A DNA stretch of 64,000 bases from Planctomycetota bacterium (GCA_021776735.1 JAJFFH010000049.1:5523-69522); one strand, 5' to 3'. Positions 26,238-36,812 are shown, counted from the stretch's first letter. Notes: generated by a model from the sequence alone, not told the origin. Program-made: numbers and translations.

Positions 26238-28529
26238 ATGAGATACATACTCGCCCTTGCCCTGTTGGCCTCCGCCTGCTCCTCTTCGTCGCGTCTTGCC
26301 CTGATCGCCGTGGAGCACGACGGATCCCGCAACGGGATCGTCGTCATCCGCTTTGACCGGCCGGTCGATCCGGCGACGGTGAACGCGGCGAACGTGTCGA
26401 TTCCGGATGCCGTCGGGGCTCTGTCGGTCGTCGGCAACGAGGTGCGCTTTGAGCCGCGGCTGCCGGTGCTTGCCGATACGAGCGACGCCGGACTCGAACC
26501 CGACCGCGCGTACGAAGTCACGGTGTCAGCCGACGTGCGCGGACTCGACGGCAGCGGCATGGGTGGCACCTTCGCCGCGACAATCGCGACCGGTCCGGGC
26601 TTTTCGGATCCGGTCGAGGGCGCGCTGGCGGTGGCCTCCACGACGCCGGCTCAGGGCGAGAGCGGTGTGGGCACCATCGTTGGGATCGGGCCGGGTCCAT
26701 GCGCGGTCTTTGTTCGCCTCGACCCGATCGTGATCGAGTTCGACCAGCCGGTTGCGCCTCCGAGTGTGGCCGGCAGCGTGACCGTCAGAAACCTCACCGA
26801 ACCCGACTTTCGTCTGCAGGTCATGACGAAGCTGCTGCAGGGGGGGGCGGGGGCGCCGCGGATCGAGCTTGCGGTGGAGGGAGTAGACACGCCGTTCGAG
26901 AATGGTGTACTGCTCGGACGGTACGAGGTGGTGATCGATGGCTTGACCGATCTGGGCGGTGCGGCCCTGTCCTTCACGTTCTCGTTTTCCACTGTGGCCC
27001 AGGTGTCCCTGCCGACCGACGTGCGATTCTCGTTCGCCGACGATGACGCGGACGGTGGTGTCGATGTAGGCGGGCTGGCTACGGCGATCAACGATACCAA
27101 TGAGCTCCCCAGTCACGTCGGACCGTTCCTGGGCGGATTGCTGACGCGCCAGCCGGGGGTCGATCCGGCTTCGCCGCTCGCCGTCGAGACGACGGCCAAC
27201 TGGGGCGGCGTCGCGTACTGGACCGGCCGCGAGATGCGTTACAACAACGCGACCTCGATCGCGGCGTCGTTGCGTCTGCGCGGCGGTACGGTCGGTGCGG
27301 CGACTCCTGTCTTGTCTCCGCTCGCGGGGACCGGCGCCAACGGCGACCTCCTCCTGACCGGGACGGAGACGCGCGACCTGTTCACCGGCGACGCGACGAC
27401 GGGACCGATCGCGCACCACTTCCGCCGCATTCGCATCACCGCCACGGATGCAGGACGCCCGGTCTTGAAGGGCCACGGGCTCTTCCCGCTCGTGCTCTTC
27501 GCCGAGGAGGACGCCGTGATCACCGGCGACATCGACGTGCGCGGCGTGCAAGCCTCCGGCGAGGCGGGCGGAGCCGCGGGACCGGGTGGTGGACCCGGCG
27601 GGGACGCGAACGAGAGAGGTGCGTCTCCGCACAACGTGCACGGCGCGATTGCCGGCGCAACCAGCGGTCAGGGCGCGGCGGCTCTCGACCCGAGCGGCGA
27701 CTTTACCGATCCCGACGTGCTCGCGTGTGGAGGTGCAGGCGGACAAGGGGCGTTCGCAAATGGGGGGGGCGGGGGCGGCGGCCTCGTCTGTCTGGCCAGC
27801 GCGGGCGATCTCGTTCTGGCCGCGGACGGTCACGCGGCGTCGGTGCACGCAAACGGTGGCGCCGCGATCGGGGGCGCGCAGTCCGGCGGCGACGGCGGAA
27901 TCGTGCTCGTCAGTGGAGGCACGTTGACCCGCGGCGGTGCGACGCTGGACGTCGGATCCGGTGGGCGCATTTACCTGGCCGATGCGCCCGGCACCGGTGG
28001 CATTGAGGTGTACGGCGACGAGCCGCGCGAGCCCGGCTTCGGCCGCAGCCAGATCGTTTCGGAGTTCCTCGACATGTTCGCCGACGCGTCGACGCTGGAC
28101 AGCGTCCGGGTGTTGTCGAACGCGCCGCGTTTTCCGTACGACATCGCCGACGCCGCGCAGCGCACGATCCGCGTTTTCGTCGATAGCACGGACGCTCGCC
28201 CCGACGGCAGTCCTGATCTCGACGAGATCCGCACCATCGAGATCGATTTGCATGTACGCACACCCGATGGAGCCGCGACATCGGCCGCGCAGTTCGAGGC
28301 GTTCGCAATCGTGCCGAGCGACGCCGATCCCGCACGTTTTTGGCGTGTCCGTATCGTGTTCGACCTTGCAAATGTGGGCGATCCCGACGCCCTGAAGAAC
28401 ACGTTCGCGCTACCAGGAGCGGCCACCTTGCCGATCGCCCCGGACAACTCGTTTGCCGATCAGACCGAGGCCCCCGAAGGCGTCCCCGCCGTCAGCGAAA
28501 TCCGTCTACGAATCACGCCGGGTTGCTAG
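26238..28529 (+). CDS. Large lipoprotein with Gly-rich beta-helix-like repeats (hypothetical)
   Basis: Lipobox LALALLASAC. Gly-rich region GGAGGQGAFANGGGGGGGLVCLASAGDLVLAADGH... Confidence 0.75.
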   Translation: MRYILALALLASACSSSSRLALIAVEHDGSRNGIVVIRFDRPVDPATVNAANVSIPDAVGALSVVGNEVRFEPRLPVLADTSDAGLEPDRAYEVTVSADVRGLDGSGMGGTFAATIATGPGFSDPVEGALAVASTTPAQGESGVGTIVGIGPGPCAVFVRLDPIVIEFDQPVAPPSVAGSVTVRNLTEPDFRLQVMTKLLQGGAGAPRIELAVEGVDTPFENGVLLGRYEVVIDGLTDLGGAALSFTFSFSTVAQVSLPTDVRFSFADDDADGGVDVGGLATAINDTNELPSHVGPFLGGLLTRQPGVDPASPLAVETTANWGGVAYWTGREMRYNNATSIAASLRLRGGTVGAATPVLSPLAGTGANGDLLLTGTETRDLFTGDATTGPIAHHFRRIRITATDAGRPVLKGHGLFPLVLFAEEDAVITGDIDVRGVQASGEAGGAAGPGGGPGGDANERGASPHNVHGAIAGATSGQGAAALDPSGDFTDPDVLACGGAGGQGAFANGGGGGGGLVCLASAGDLVLAADGHAASVHANGGAAIGGAQSGGDGGIVLVSGGTLTRGGATLDVGSGGRIYLADAPGTGGIEVYGDEPREPGFGRSQIVSEFLDMFADASTLDSVRVLSNAPRFPYDIADAAQRTIRVFVDSTDARPDGSPDLDEIRTIEIDLHVRTPDGAATSAAQFEAFAIVPSDADPARFWRVRIVFDLANVGDPDALKNTFALPGAATLPIAPDNSFADQTEAPEGVPAVSEIRLRITPGC

Positions 28530-29161
28530 CCCGTTGTGTCCGGGTCCACGAGGTCCACGTTGACCGTTTCGGTTTGGTCTACGACCGGGGAGGAGCCGTC
28601 CGGGAACAGGCGTTCGATCTGGAGGCGGACCGGGAACACGCTCACGTTGTCTTCGGTGTCGCCGAAGAACGAGAACTGACTTGTGCGTACCGACAAGAAC
28701 AACAAGTTGTCGACGCCGTCTTCAAAGAACTGTTCGACGCTGATCTCGTCCACGAAAAAGCCCGTGCCGCCGGTCGGCTGGAAGAATGCGAGGCCGCTCG
28801 GGCGGCCCGCGCGCGGGTCGCCGTTGTTGAGAAACACGAGACTGCCCTCCGCGCCCTGCCACACGACGTTGTCCAAAATGACCTGGTACAGATCGCTGTT
28901 GAAGCAAAAACCGAGGCCCTCTTCGGCGACGAACACGATGCGGTCCGCGGTGCGGTAGGCATAAAACGCGTCGATGCGCGCGCAGAGCGTCCCGCCCGGA
29001 CCGAGACCCTGGCCGTGGATCATGGTGCCCGGCAGGATCTCGTCGGTCACGATCGTCACGGTAGCGACGAGGCCCTGGGAGCCGAAGATCAAGAGCGTGC
29101 TACTGGTGCCGCCGCCGCATCCGGCGAGCAGGGCGAGGAAGAGGATCAGGGTGCGGATCAT
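28526..29161 (-). CDS. Lipoprotein (hypothetical)
   Basis: Lipobox LALLAGCGGG. 211 aa. Confidence 0.7.
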   Translation of the reverse strand: MIRTLILFLALLAGCGGGTSSTLLIFGSQGLVATVTIVTDEILPGTMIHGQGLGPGGTLCARIDAFYAYRTADRIVFVAEEGLGFCFNSDLYQVILDNVVWQGAEGSLVFLNNGDPRAGRPSGLAFFQPTGGTGFFVDEISVEQFFEDGVDNLLFLSVRTSQFSFFGDTEDNVSVFPVRLQIERLFPDGSSPVVDQTETVNVDLVDPDTTG

Positions 29162-30381
29162 TTGTGGTCACCGTAACCGGCGCCGGAAGGACGGATGACC
29201 CAATCCGCCTCGTAGAACTCGAGCAGCGTCGGCGGAATTCTCACACCCGGTGACGCGAGCCTGAAGTAGAACCCGACCTTGCCCGGTTTGGGGTCCTTGC
29301 CGCGTCCGTCGTTACCCGTGCGGCCCGTACGCTTGCCGACCGCGATCACCTTGAAGGCGACAAAACGCTGCCGCTTCAGGTCGTATGAAACCGTGCCTCG
29401 CAGCGTCGCGTTCATCGTGCGCGGCCAGTCGCGGTCCGGCGTCCAATCCGTCTTTCCTAGGAGCCACGGGCCTTTGGCGACAGCCCTCGTTGTCCCCGAA
29501 ACGGTCAGCCTCAAGAGATCGCCGTCCGTACGCTTTTTTTCGAGGGTTATCTCCGCGTGCACGATCTCGCTCGCGGCGAACGGAAGTGTCTGGCCGCGTA
29601 CGTTGTCGATCAGGTGAAACCGCGCCAGGCGCAGCGCCAGGCTGCGCGGCATTTTCTTTGTCTTGTCGGTCTTGCCGGGGAGCAACGAATTCGCCTCGTC
29701 TTTCGTGAACCAGACGAAGTCGCGGTTCCAGCGGCGGTCGCCCCCCTTGATGTCGCGCACGAACCGCTCGAGTATCAGGCCGCCTTTCGGGTAGCTCTGC
29801 TCCCAGCGATGTTTGGGCGTGAACTTGGACCCGGGCGGGAGTCTCCTGTCGGCGGGTTCCAACGCCTTCCATTTTTTCTTCGCGAGATCGAGCATCGCCA
29901 CGATCTTTTCCACATTGCCGGTGTTCGCCGAGGCGAGCAGCTTGCCACTCGGTGCGATGACGTAGTAGCCCTGCTTGGTGCCGCCCTTGCCCTTGTAGTG
30001 GCCGAGGACGGCGAAGCTCTGGAAGAAGCGGCACTCCGGCCCGGTGCCGTTCTGCAGCCGCCAGGTTTCGTCGGCGGCGAGGGTGAAGTGTTTTTTCAAG
30101 AGCCCGCGCACAAGCGGGTCGCGAAAGACGGACCGCCGGCCCGTCACGCCGTTGTTTCACGTGCAGCCGAGTGGGTGGCCGTTCATGACCCACAAAAACA
30201 ACGGTTGCTGCCGTGCGTGCGCCGTCTTCAGGCCCTCCGCGAAGCTGGGGAACCACGGCAGGCGGTCGGCAGCGAGCTCCTTTTTGGTCGGAAGGATGTG
30301 ATCGCCGCGCGGGTACACGCCCGGCGGGTCTTGGGCGGCAACGACGGTGGTCAGGAAGAGGACCGCGATGACAGAGCGCAT
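29158..30381 (-). CDS. Exported Thioredoxin_7/DsbD-gamma-like protein with in-frame UGA (30157..30159) read as selenocysteine (G-C-T-U); paralog of 3817..4974
   Basis: ORFs 30157..30381 (signal peptide MRSVIAVLFLTTVVAAQ) and 29158..30147 share a frame and are separated only by TGA. Read-through gives ...QQPLFLWVMNGHPLGCT-U-NNGVTGRRSVFRDPLVRGLLKKHFTLA, which aligns with Thioredoxin_7. An 8-bp hairpin (30127..30145) lies 11 nt 3' of the UGA. Confidence 0.7.
29517..29542 (+). repeat. Dispersed motif variant inside the 29158..30381 gene
   Basis: GATCGCCGTCCGTACGCTTTTTTTCG. Confidence 0.45.
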
Positions 30382-30428
30382 CGTTGCAGGCTATCAAAAG
30401 CCGTCCGGTGCGTGCGCTACGCTTCGCG

Positions 30429-32373
30429 GATGGCTGCGCTCGATTGGGCTGCCGTTGTCGCGTACGTGCTCTTCGCCCTCGCCGTGGGGGTGTTCTACGC
30501 GCGCCGGGCGGGCAAGAACGTCGACGAATTCTTCTTGTCGGGGCGCACGCTGCCGTGGTGGATCACCGGCACGTCGATGATCGCGACGAGCTTCGCGTCG
30601 GACACGCCGCTCCTGATCAGCGGCTGGGTGCGCGACTTCGGCATCTGGAAAAACTGGGTGTGGTGGTGCTACGCCGTCTCCGGCATGTTCATGGTGTTTT
30701 TGTTCGCGCGGTATTGGCGCGCGGGCCGCATCATGACCAAGGCGGAGCTCGTGGAATTGCGCTATCCGGGCGCTGCGGCGCGCGCGTTGCGCGGTGGACT
30801 GGGCGCGATGCACGCGTTCATGATCAATCCGCTGATCCTGAGCTGGGTGCTGCTTGCCGCGGCGAAAATCCTCGGCGGACTCTTCGGGATCGACAAGATC
30901 GTCGGGCTGTCGCTCGCTTGCGGCCTGGCGTTGTCGTACTCGCTCATGGCCGGTTTCTGGGGCGTCGTGATCACGGACCTCGTGCAGTTCCTGATGGCGA
31001 TGGTCGGCGCGATCGTGCTGGCGATGCTCGCGTGGCGCGCGGTCGGCGGCACCGATGCGATCCACGACGCCGTCGCGGACGGAACGATCAGTAGCGGTAC
31101 GCTGGACATCATCCCGGAATTCGGCGCGAACGGAATGTCCGCCGCGTTCGCCGGCTTCCTCGTCTACCTCGGGGTTGCGTGGTGGGTTGCCGAGAACGCC
31201 GACGGCCCGACCGTGGCGGTGCAGCGTATCGCCGCGAGTCGCAACGAGCGTCACGGCATGCTGGCGAGCCTTTGGTTTCACGTCGGACACTATGCACTGC
31301 GGCCGTGGTGCTGGATTGCGGTCGGGCTGGCGTCGCTGCTCGTCTTGCCGCAGATCGAATGGAAAGCCCCGACGACGGGACAGGTTACGGCCGCGGAGGA
31401 GGGGCGGGTCGTCATCAAGCGCAAGGCCGGCGGGTCGATGGCGCTCTCGACGGATCCGGCGCGCGACTGGAAGCCCATTCCGACCGTCCAGGTGGGGGAC
31501 GACGTCAAGCAGGGCGACGTCATCGCGAAGACCGACAGCGAACGCGCGTATGTCGTCATGATGAAGCGTTACCTGCCCATCGGGCTGCTCGGCCTCGTGG
31601 TCGCTTCGTTGCTGGCGGCGTTCATGTCGACCGTCGATACCCATGTGAACCTGGCGTCGTCGTACTTCGTGAACGACCTGTACCGGCGATGGTGGAAGCG
31701 CGAAGCGTCGGACCGCCACTACGTCGGGATCGCGCGCATCGTCAGCGTTGTCGTGCTCCTCGCCGGCGGCCTCGTCGCCTGGCAGGCGGACTCAATTGCC
31801 AGGCTGTTCGAGTTTTTCCTCGCCTTCTTGGGCGGCGTCGGACCGGTCTACCTGATGCGCTGGTTTTGGTGGCGCGTGCGCGCTTCGACCGAGATCACCG
31901 CGATGGTCGCGTCGGCGATCACGGCGATCACGATCCAGCTCAAGGAGGGCCGGATCGGTCTCGATCTCGGCCCGCTCTCACCGGACGGCAAGCTCGGTCA
32001 TCCCGGCACGCTCTGCGTCGTGGCGGTCGTCTCGGTCGCCTGTGCGCTCATCGCCATGGTGCTCGCGCGCCGTCCCGATCCCGCCTCGCTCGTGCCGTTC
32101 TACAAACGTGTTCGCCCGATCGGCGCATGGGGCCCGGTGCGCGCGCTGGCCCGAGACGTCACGCCGATCGGCAACGTCGGTCTCGTGATCGGCGGCGCCC
32201 TGAGCGGTCTCGCGCTGGTGTGGGGCGGCATGCTCGGCATCGGCTACTGGATGCTGGGTTACGGTCAGGCAACGGCCGTGAGTTTCGCGATGTGCGCCGC
32301 CGGCGGCGTCGGTACCGCGTGCGCTTTGCGCCGGCTGGTGCCGAAGACCTCCGCAGAGCCCCAGCCCGAGTAG
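30429..32373 (+). CDS. Sodium:solute symporter family (SSF) transporter with a roughly 70-aa hydrophilic insertion
   Basis: 648 aa. Multiple TM helices with SSF-like blocks (SGRTLPWWITGTSMIATSFASDTPLLISG). Inserted segment EWKAPTTGQVTAAEEGRVVIKRKAGG...VGDDVKQGDVIAKTD. Confidence 0.85.
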
Positions 32374-32397
32374 ATCGTTCGGACCGACCCGGAAAAA

Positions 32398-32418
32398 AGC
32401 ACACGGACGGCGATGTCT
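32398..32418 (-). repeat. Dispersed motif copy between convergent genes
   Basis: CCGGAAAAAAGCACACGGACGGCGATGTCT. Confidence 0.75.
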
Positions 32419-32774
32419 CTATGTGCGCCGTGACCGGGGTGCCGGAATCGACAGAGTCCCAATCTAGCGAACGCCTTGCCGATCAGCGGCGGCGCGAAGG
32501 GCCGTGCGCTGCACCGGCTTGTTAGGCGGTCGCGCCCGGGAACCGGTTTTCAGCCACAGAGGACACCGAGATCACAGAGAGACTCGCTGAATGCCATCCA
32601 CCAATCGCGGACTGCCGAGGGCCTCCTCGTAGTCCGACTCCAAGGGACCGGGACCCATGTGGCGACGCACCTCGATCGCCCCGACGATGATCCGCTCGGT
32701 GAGCGGATCTCTCCTTCTCTGAGACCTCTGTGATCTCTGTGGCAAGAAGTTCTCATCGTCCGCCCAACACTCCG

Positions 32775-33614
32775 TCAGCGGATGGTTGGTGGCGTTGCTC
32801 GATTCTTCCGCCCGCGACAAAAAGGGCCGGGTTCGCCGCCTTCGCAGCGGCCGAAAAAGATCACCTCGGCGATCTCGTCGCCTTCCTCGATCATCTCGTG
32901 CCGAAAGCGCACGTACTCGCGTAGCGAATCCGGGTAAACCTCGTCGACGACATCGGCGAAGTCGTCGTCGTCCTCGCTGGACCAGATGCCGACGATGCCG
33001 CCCGGCGCAAGATGATCCATGACCTGGCGCTGCCCGTGCCAGCGATAAAAGGGAAGGCTTGCGTGGTCGAGCGGGTCGCTCGGCGCGTGGTCCACGTCGA
33101 TCAGAATGAGGTCCCAGCAATCCCCGTCCGCCGGGGCCGTGCCGAGAACCTGGGTGTACACGTCGCCCTCGACAATCGCGAGCCGTGGATCGCCGTTGAG
33201 CTTTTCGGAAAGCGGCAGGAGCCCCTCGCGCATCCAGCGAATGACGGTCGGGAGGCGATCCACGACCGTGAGTTGCGCCACGCGCGGATCGGCCAGCACG
33301 GCCGCCGCGGTGTAGCCGAGGCCGAGCCCGCCGACCAACACGCGGAGGTCGCGTCCGGGATGAAGATCAAGACCAACCGAAGCCAGGGCGCGCTCGGACA
33401 CCGAACAGAGGGTGCTCATCAGCATGCCCCCGGCCAGCGTGATTTCGATGACCGTCAGGCCACCGTCTTCGATCCGCCGCCGCAGCTCCAGGGTGCCCAC
33501 CGGTGTCGGAACGCTGTCGAGAACCTCATGCTTCTCGGACTCGGCTCGTTCGTCGCCGGGAAGGCTCGCAAGCCCCCCGTCCTCGGGTTGGGCTATCGCT
33601 GAGGTCTCGTCCAT
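32775..33614 (-). CDS. Spermidine-synthase-like class I SAM-dependent transferase
   Basis: VLVGGLGLGYTAAAVLADPRVAQLTVVD (motif I). ILIDVDHAP (post-II). Confidence 0.7.
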   Translation of the reverse strand: MDETSAIAQPEDGGLASLPGDERAESEKHEVLDSVPTPVGTLELRRRIEDGGLTVIEITLAGGMLMSTLCSVSERALASVGLDLHPGRDLRVLVGGLGLGYTAAAVLADPRVAQLTVVDRLPTVIRWMREGLLPLSEKLNGDPRLAIVEGDVYTQVLGTAPADGDCWDLILIDVDHAPSDPLDHASLPFYRWHGQRQVMDHLAPGGIVGIWSSEDDDDFADVVDEVYPDSLREYVRFRHEMIEEGDEIAEVIFFGRCEGGEPGPFCRGRKNRATPPTIR

Positions 33615-33669
33615 CGCGGAAGGATAGCCGAGAAGAGCGCCCCCAAGCTGTTTTGCGGTTCCGGAAGCG

Positions 33670-34183
33670 TCAATCGCCGTCCGTCCGCTCTTCGCGGGTC
33701 ACTTCCTGGCGTTGGTCGTTGCTTCGCAGACGACGCGGAACCCGACGGTCGATTTCGGCTCGTCGCCTCTCCGAGTCCTTGACCCTGTAGCGGCGCGTTT
33801 CATAGCCGGCAATCGTTGCAGTGGCGTCGGTCGCTTCGAGCTCGGTCCTGAAGTGACGCGCCCTGAGCGCGCGGACGTCCTTGTCCATGGTGTCCAGATC
33901 CGACACCATGCCCCATTCGCTCGTCTTGGCCCCGTAGTCGAGCCGCAGCGCCTTGCGCAGGCCGTAGCGAACGATCGCGCTCCCGTCGCTGAGTCCGCCG
34001 GCGTCGTCTTGCCGATACGCCGCGCGCCCGAAGTGGATCGTGATTTTTTGCGCCGCCAAGCCGCGAAACGCCTTGGCCTGCGCCCCCTCGGCCGACTGCT
34101 CGAAAACAATGCGGCCGGTGAAGTCCTCCTCGCCGGCCCACAGCGGCGCGGCGAGCAGCAACAAAACGAAGCGATGATGCATG
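33670..34183 (-). CDS. Secreted hypothetical protein
   Basis: Signal peptide MHHRFVLLLLAAPLWA. 171 aa. Flanked by two direct copies of the dispersed motif (33673 and 34243). Confidence 0.6.
33673..33689 (+). repeat. Dispersed motif copy at the 3' end of the secreted-protein gene
   Basis: ATCGCCGTCCGTCCGCT. Confidence 0.6.
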
Positions 34184-34242
34184 CGCGGTCTTGTAGGGGA
34201 CGGCAGGGACGCGAGAGTGGGTTTAGGGGGTCGGGGGGCAAG

Positions 34243-34269
34243 GACATCGCCGTCCGTTTTCTTTTTTGG
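34243..34269 (+). repeat. Dispersed motif copy about 60 nt upstream of the secreted-protein gene
   Basis: GACATCGCCGTCCGTTTTCTTTTTTGG. Confidence 0.75.
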
Positions 34270-34335
34270 TGTCTTGTCTGCCCGTGCGCCTGGGGACTGT
34301 CGGATCCCTGCGTATGCTGCACTTGAACCGCTGCA

Positions 34336-34768
34336 CGCAGACCGCGTGCTGTACCTGCTTGCGTTTCTGATTCCGTTCCTGCTCGGTGCTGCCTGGGCTC
34401 GAGGTGCTTCCCGTTGGCGGGTGGGGCGCCGCTTTGCGCGTGCCCGGCGGCGGGGGCGTCGAGGCGAACGGCGGGCGTGGCGACTCTTGCGGCGGCGCGG
34501 ATACCGGATCGTCGCGACCGAGGTCGAGGCCTTGGTGCGCGTGCGGGTGGACGGTGTCGCGCGGGAGTTCACCGTGCGCGCCGACGCGATCGTGCGCCGG
34601 TGGTTTTCCCGCTACGTCGTCGAGGTCAAGGCGGGGGCGCATGCGACGGTGGCGCACCGGGCGACGCGGCGCCAGCTCTTCGAGTATGCCCATGCGTTTT
34701 CGTGCCGCGCCCTGCTGCTGGTCGATGCCGACGCCGGAGCGATTCATCGGATCGAGTTTGCACGCTGA
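34336..34768 (+). CDS. Membrane-anchored PD-(D/E)XK nuclease-like protein (hypothetical; GTG start assumed)
   Basis: TM helix LYLLAFLIPFLLGAAW. Then GYRIVATEV...ADAIVRR...YVVEVKAG resembles YraN/NERD-like nuclease cores. The 5' part of ORF 34181..34768 is Arg-rich junk. Confidence 0.4.
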
Positions 34769-34880
34769 TGGGCTAACCCCGCATTATTCACGACCACGCG
34801 GGTTCTGGCCGGTCCATATCGCCGATCGCAGATAACGGAGTCACGGGTCTCTCGGGCTAAGGTCTCGGACCCGGCTCCAC

Positions 34881-35525
34881 ATGAACTCCACTCTGAAACT
34901 GTCGCTCGTGATGCTCGTTTCGTTCGCGAGCGCGCTCGCGCTCAACTTCGCGTTCGGGTGGTTCGCGCCCGACGACGTGCGGGCCTCGCTGGCGGGATGG
35001 CAGGCGCGGCCGGTGCGGGCCGGGGCGATCATGGTCGGGTTGCTGGCCGTGGATAGCGTGCTGGCGGTACCGACCCTCGCGACGCTGGTGGTCGGCGGAC
35101 ACCTGCTTGGACCGTTTTGGGGTGCGTTGTGCGGCTGGATCGGCATGAACGCCGCGGGCGCGATCTGCTACTACGGCGCCCGTTTCGGGGCCCGGATGTT
35201 CGCGTCCGACGAGGCGCTTGAAAGCGTGCGACGCGACGTGGGCGCCGCCGGACCGGTGCCGCTCCTGTTCGCGCGCGCCGTCCCGGTGTTGCCCGAGACC
35301 CTGAGCGCCATGGCAGGGCTCGGCGGACTGCCCGCGCGGCGATTCTTTCTGTACTTCGGCCTGGGCAACATCCCGTTCGCCGTCGTCGGGGCGTGGTCGG
35401 GCAGCGTCAGCTCGTGGGGCAATCCGTGGCCGGCCCTGATCGCGTCCGTCGGACTGACCGGGCTCGCGGCCCTGGGTCTGCGTTGGTTTCGCCGCCGCCG
35501 CGCGACCGGCCCCCGCGAATCGTGA
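34881..35525 (+). CDS. DedA/TVP38 family membrane protein
   Basis: 214 aa. Multi-TM with the DedA-type GxxxG-rich re-entrant region. Confidence 0.75.
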   Translation: MNSTLKLSLVMLVSFASALALNFAFGWFAPDDVRASLAGWQARPVRAGAIMVGLLAVDSVLAVPTLATLVVGGHLLGPFWGALCGWIGMNAAGAICYYGARFGARMFASDEALESVRRDVGAAGPVPLLFARAVPVLPETLSAMAGLGGLPARRFFLYFGLGNIPFAVVGAWSGSVSSWGNPWPALIASVGLTGLAALGLRWFRRRRATGPRES

Positions 35526-35561
35526 GGGCGGCGGCGGGGGATTTCCGTGTTCTCAAGTGCC

Positions 35562-36734
35562 ATGCGGAATCTCACCATTCTCCTCCTGCTCGCCGGCCTG
35601 GCGCTGGCCGAGGTCTCGATCACCGCTACCGAACTCAAGCGCAAGGACAAGCGCGCCGTCTCGGTCCGCGCGGCGTTCCGTGTCAAGGGACACGCGCATC
35701 GCCGGCTCGACGTCTATTTCCAGGTGCGGGGCCCGGACGCCAAGGCGCTCGTTGGGGCGGACAAGAAGCCTCTGCTGCAGAAATGGGGCGACGTGCTCGT
35801 CCCTGACTCGGGGCATGCCGTGTCGTGGTCGCAATGCCGACTCGATATTCCGCTCGCCTGGCTGGAAGCCGCGACGAACCTGCCCAAGGGCGTGTCACTG
35901 CTGAAGATCGTGTGCGACATCTGGGATCCGCTTCAGAAGAAATACCTGGCAGCGGGCCACGCCGTCGCCGCGTCCCTGTGGGTCAAGGTGGGCGCCGACG
36001 GCAAGATCGCGACCTACGAGTGCTTCTCGGTGCAGCCGACACCGCTGGTCCCGACGAAGTGGGGCGACAAAAAGGAGGCCGTGGTCTGCCGATTCGGCAT
36101 CCAGCATCTCAAGTTGAAGCCGAAGACGGGTGCCTATCGTTCGGTGGGCGAAAAGCACAACGTCTACGACATCCTTCACCTTCACCGCAACGTCGGCACT
36201 TCGCACGAGCAGGGCGAACTCGAGGATCTCTCCCGCGGCCACTTCTTCGTGCCGATCACGACGAAAGAGCAGGCCCGTGAACTCGCGCTACTGGCGCACT
36301 CCGGCGCGCTGGTCATCCCGACCCGCGAAGCGTACGACACCTGCCAGAAGTACCTGCGCGACAAAGGCTGGCAGAGCGCCATCAAGTCGAAGACGCCCCC
36401 GCCGACCTACGGCGTGAGAGTCCACAAGATTCCCGGCGCGGGCTGGCGCGTCTACGTGCTGCTTCAGGAACTCCACGGTTACAACCGCAAGCGCCAGGGC
36501 GTTGTCTGGTGGATCGACTATCACGTCGACCCGCAGGGCCGCATCGGCGAGACCCGTCGCGAAATCATCAACACCGGTGCGGACGTGTTCACCGGTGGCA
36601 TTGCCCAAGCCAAGCAGTGGCCGCGTGTACCCACATGGTTCAAGACCACGGACAAGGTCGTGAACATTCCGAGCCGCGGCAACGAGTCTCCGTGCCTCAA
36701 GGTCGCCAAGTGGCCCGAGGGCATGCGCGACTGA
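35562..36734 (+). CDS. Secreted hypothetical protein
   Basis: Signal peptide MRNLTILLLLAGLALAEV. 391 aa, unbiased composition. Confidence 0.75.
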   Translation: MRNLTILLLLAGLALAEVSITATELKRKDKRAVSVRAAFRVKGHAHRRLDVYFQVRGPDAKALVGADKKPLLQKWGDVLVPDSGHAVSWSQCRLDIPLAWLEAATNLPKGVSLLKIVCDIWDPLQKKYLAAGHAVAASLWVKVGADGKIATYECFSVQPTPLVPTKWGDKKEAVVCRFGIQHLKLKPKTGAYRSVGEKHNVYDILHLHRNVGTSHEQGELEDLSRGHFFVPITTKEQARELALLAHSGALVIPTREAYDTCQKYLRDKGWQSAIKSKTPPPTYGVRVHKIPGAGWRVYVLLQELHGYNRKRQGVVWWIDYHVDPQGRIGETRREIINTGADVFTGGIAQAKQWPRVPTWFKTTDKVVNIPSRGNESPCLKVAKWPEGMRD

Positions 36735-36761
36735 GCTGAGACCGAAGATCCACCCGAAAGA

Positions 36762-36782
36762 AGCGGACGGACGGCGATGTCT
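36762..36782 (-). repeat. Dispersed motif copy upstream of the small ORF / NTase pair
   Basis: CCCGAAAGAAGCGGACGGACGGCGATGTCT. Confidence 0.7.
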
Positions 36783-36812
36783 CCTCGGGACCGGAGGGTA
36801 GACTGGGCGGGC

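Noticed and set aside
35523-35562. In-frame TGA between DedA and the following secreted protein; also GT2/radical SAM (51372) and RHH/211-aa (60386)
   Set aside because: The same frame is expected by chance in one-third of neighbours. There is no catalytic Cys context and no convincing hairpin. The downstream proteins start with their own signal peptides or start codons.
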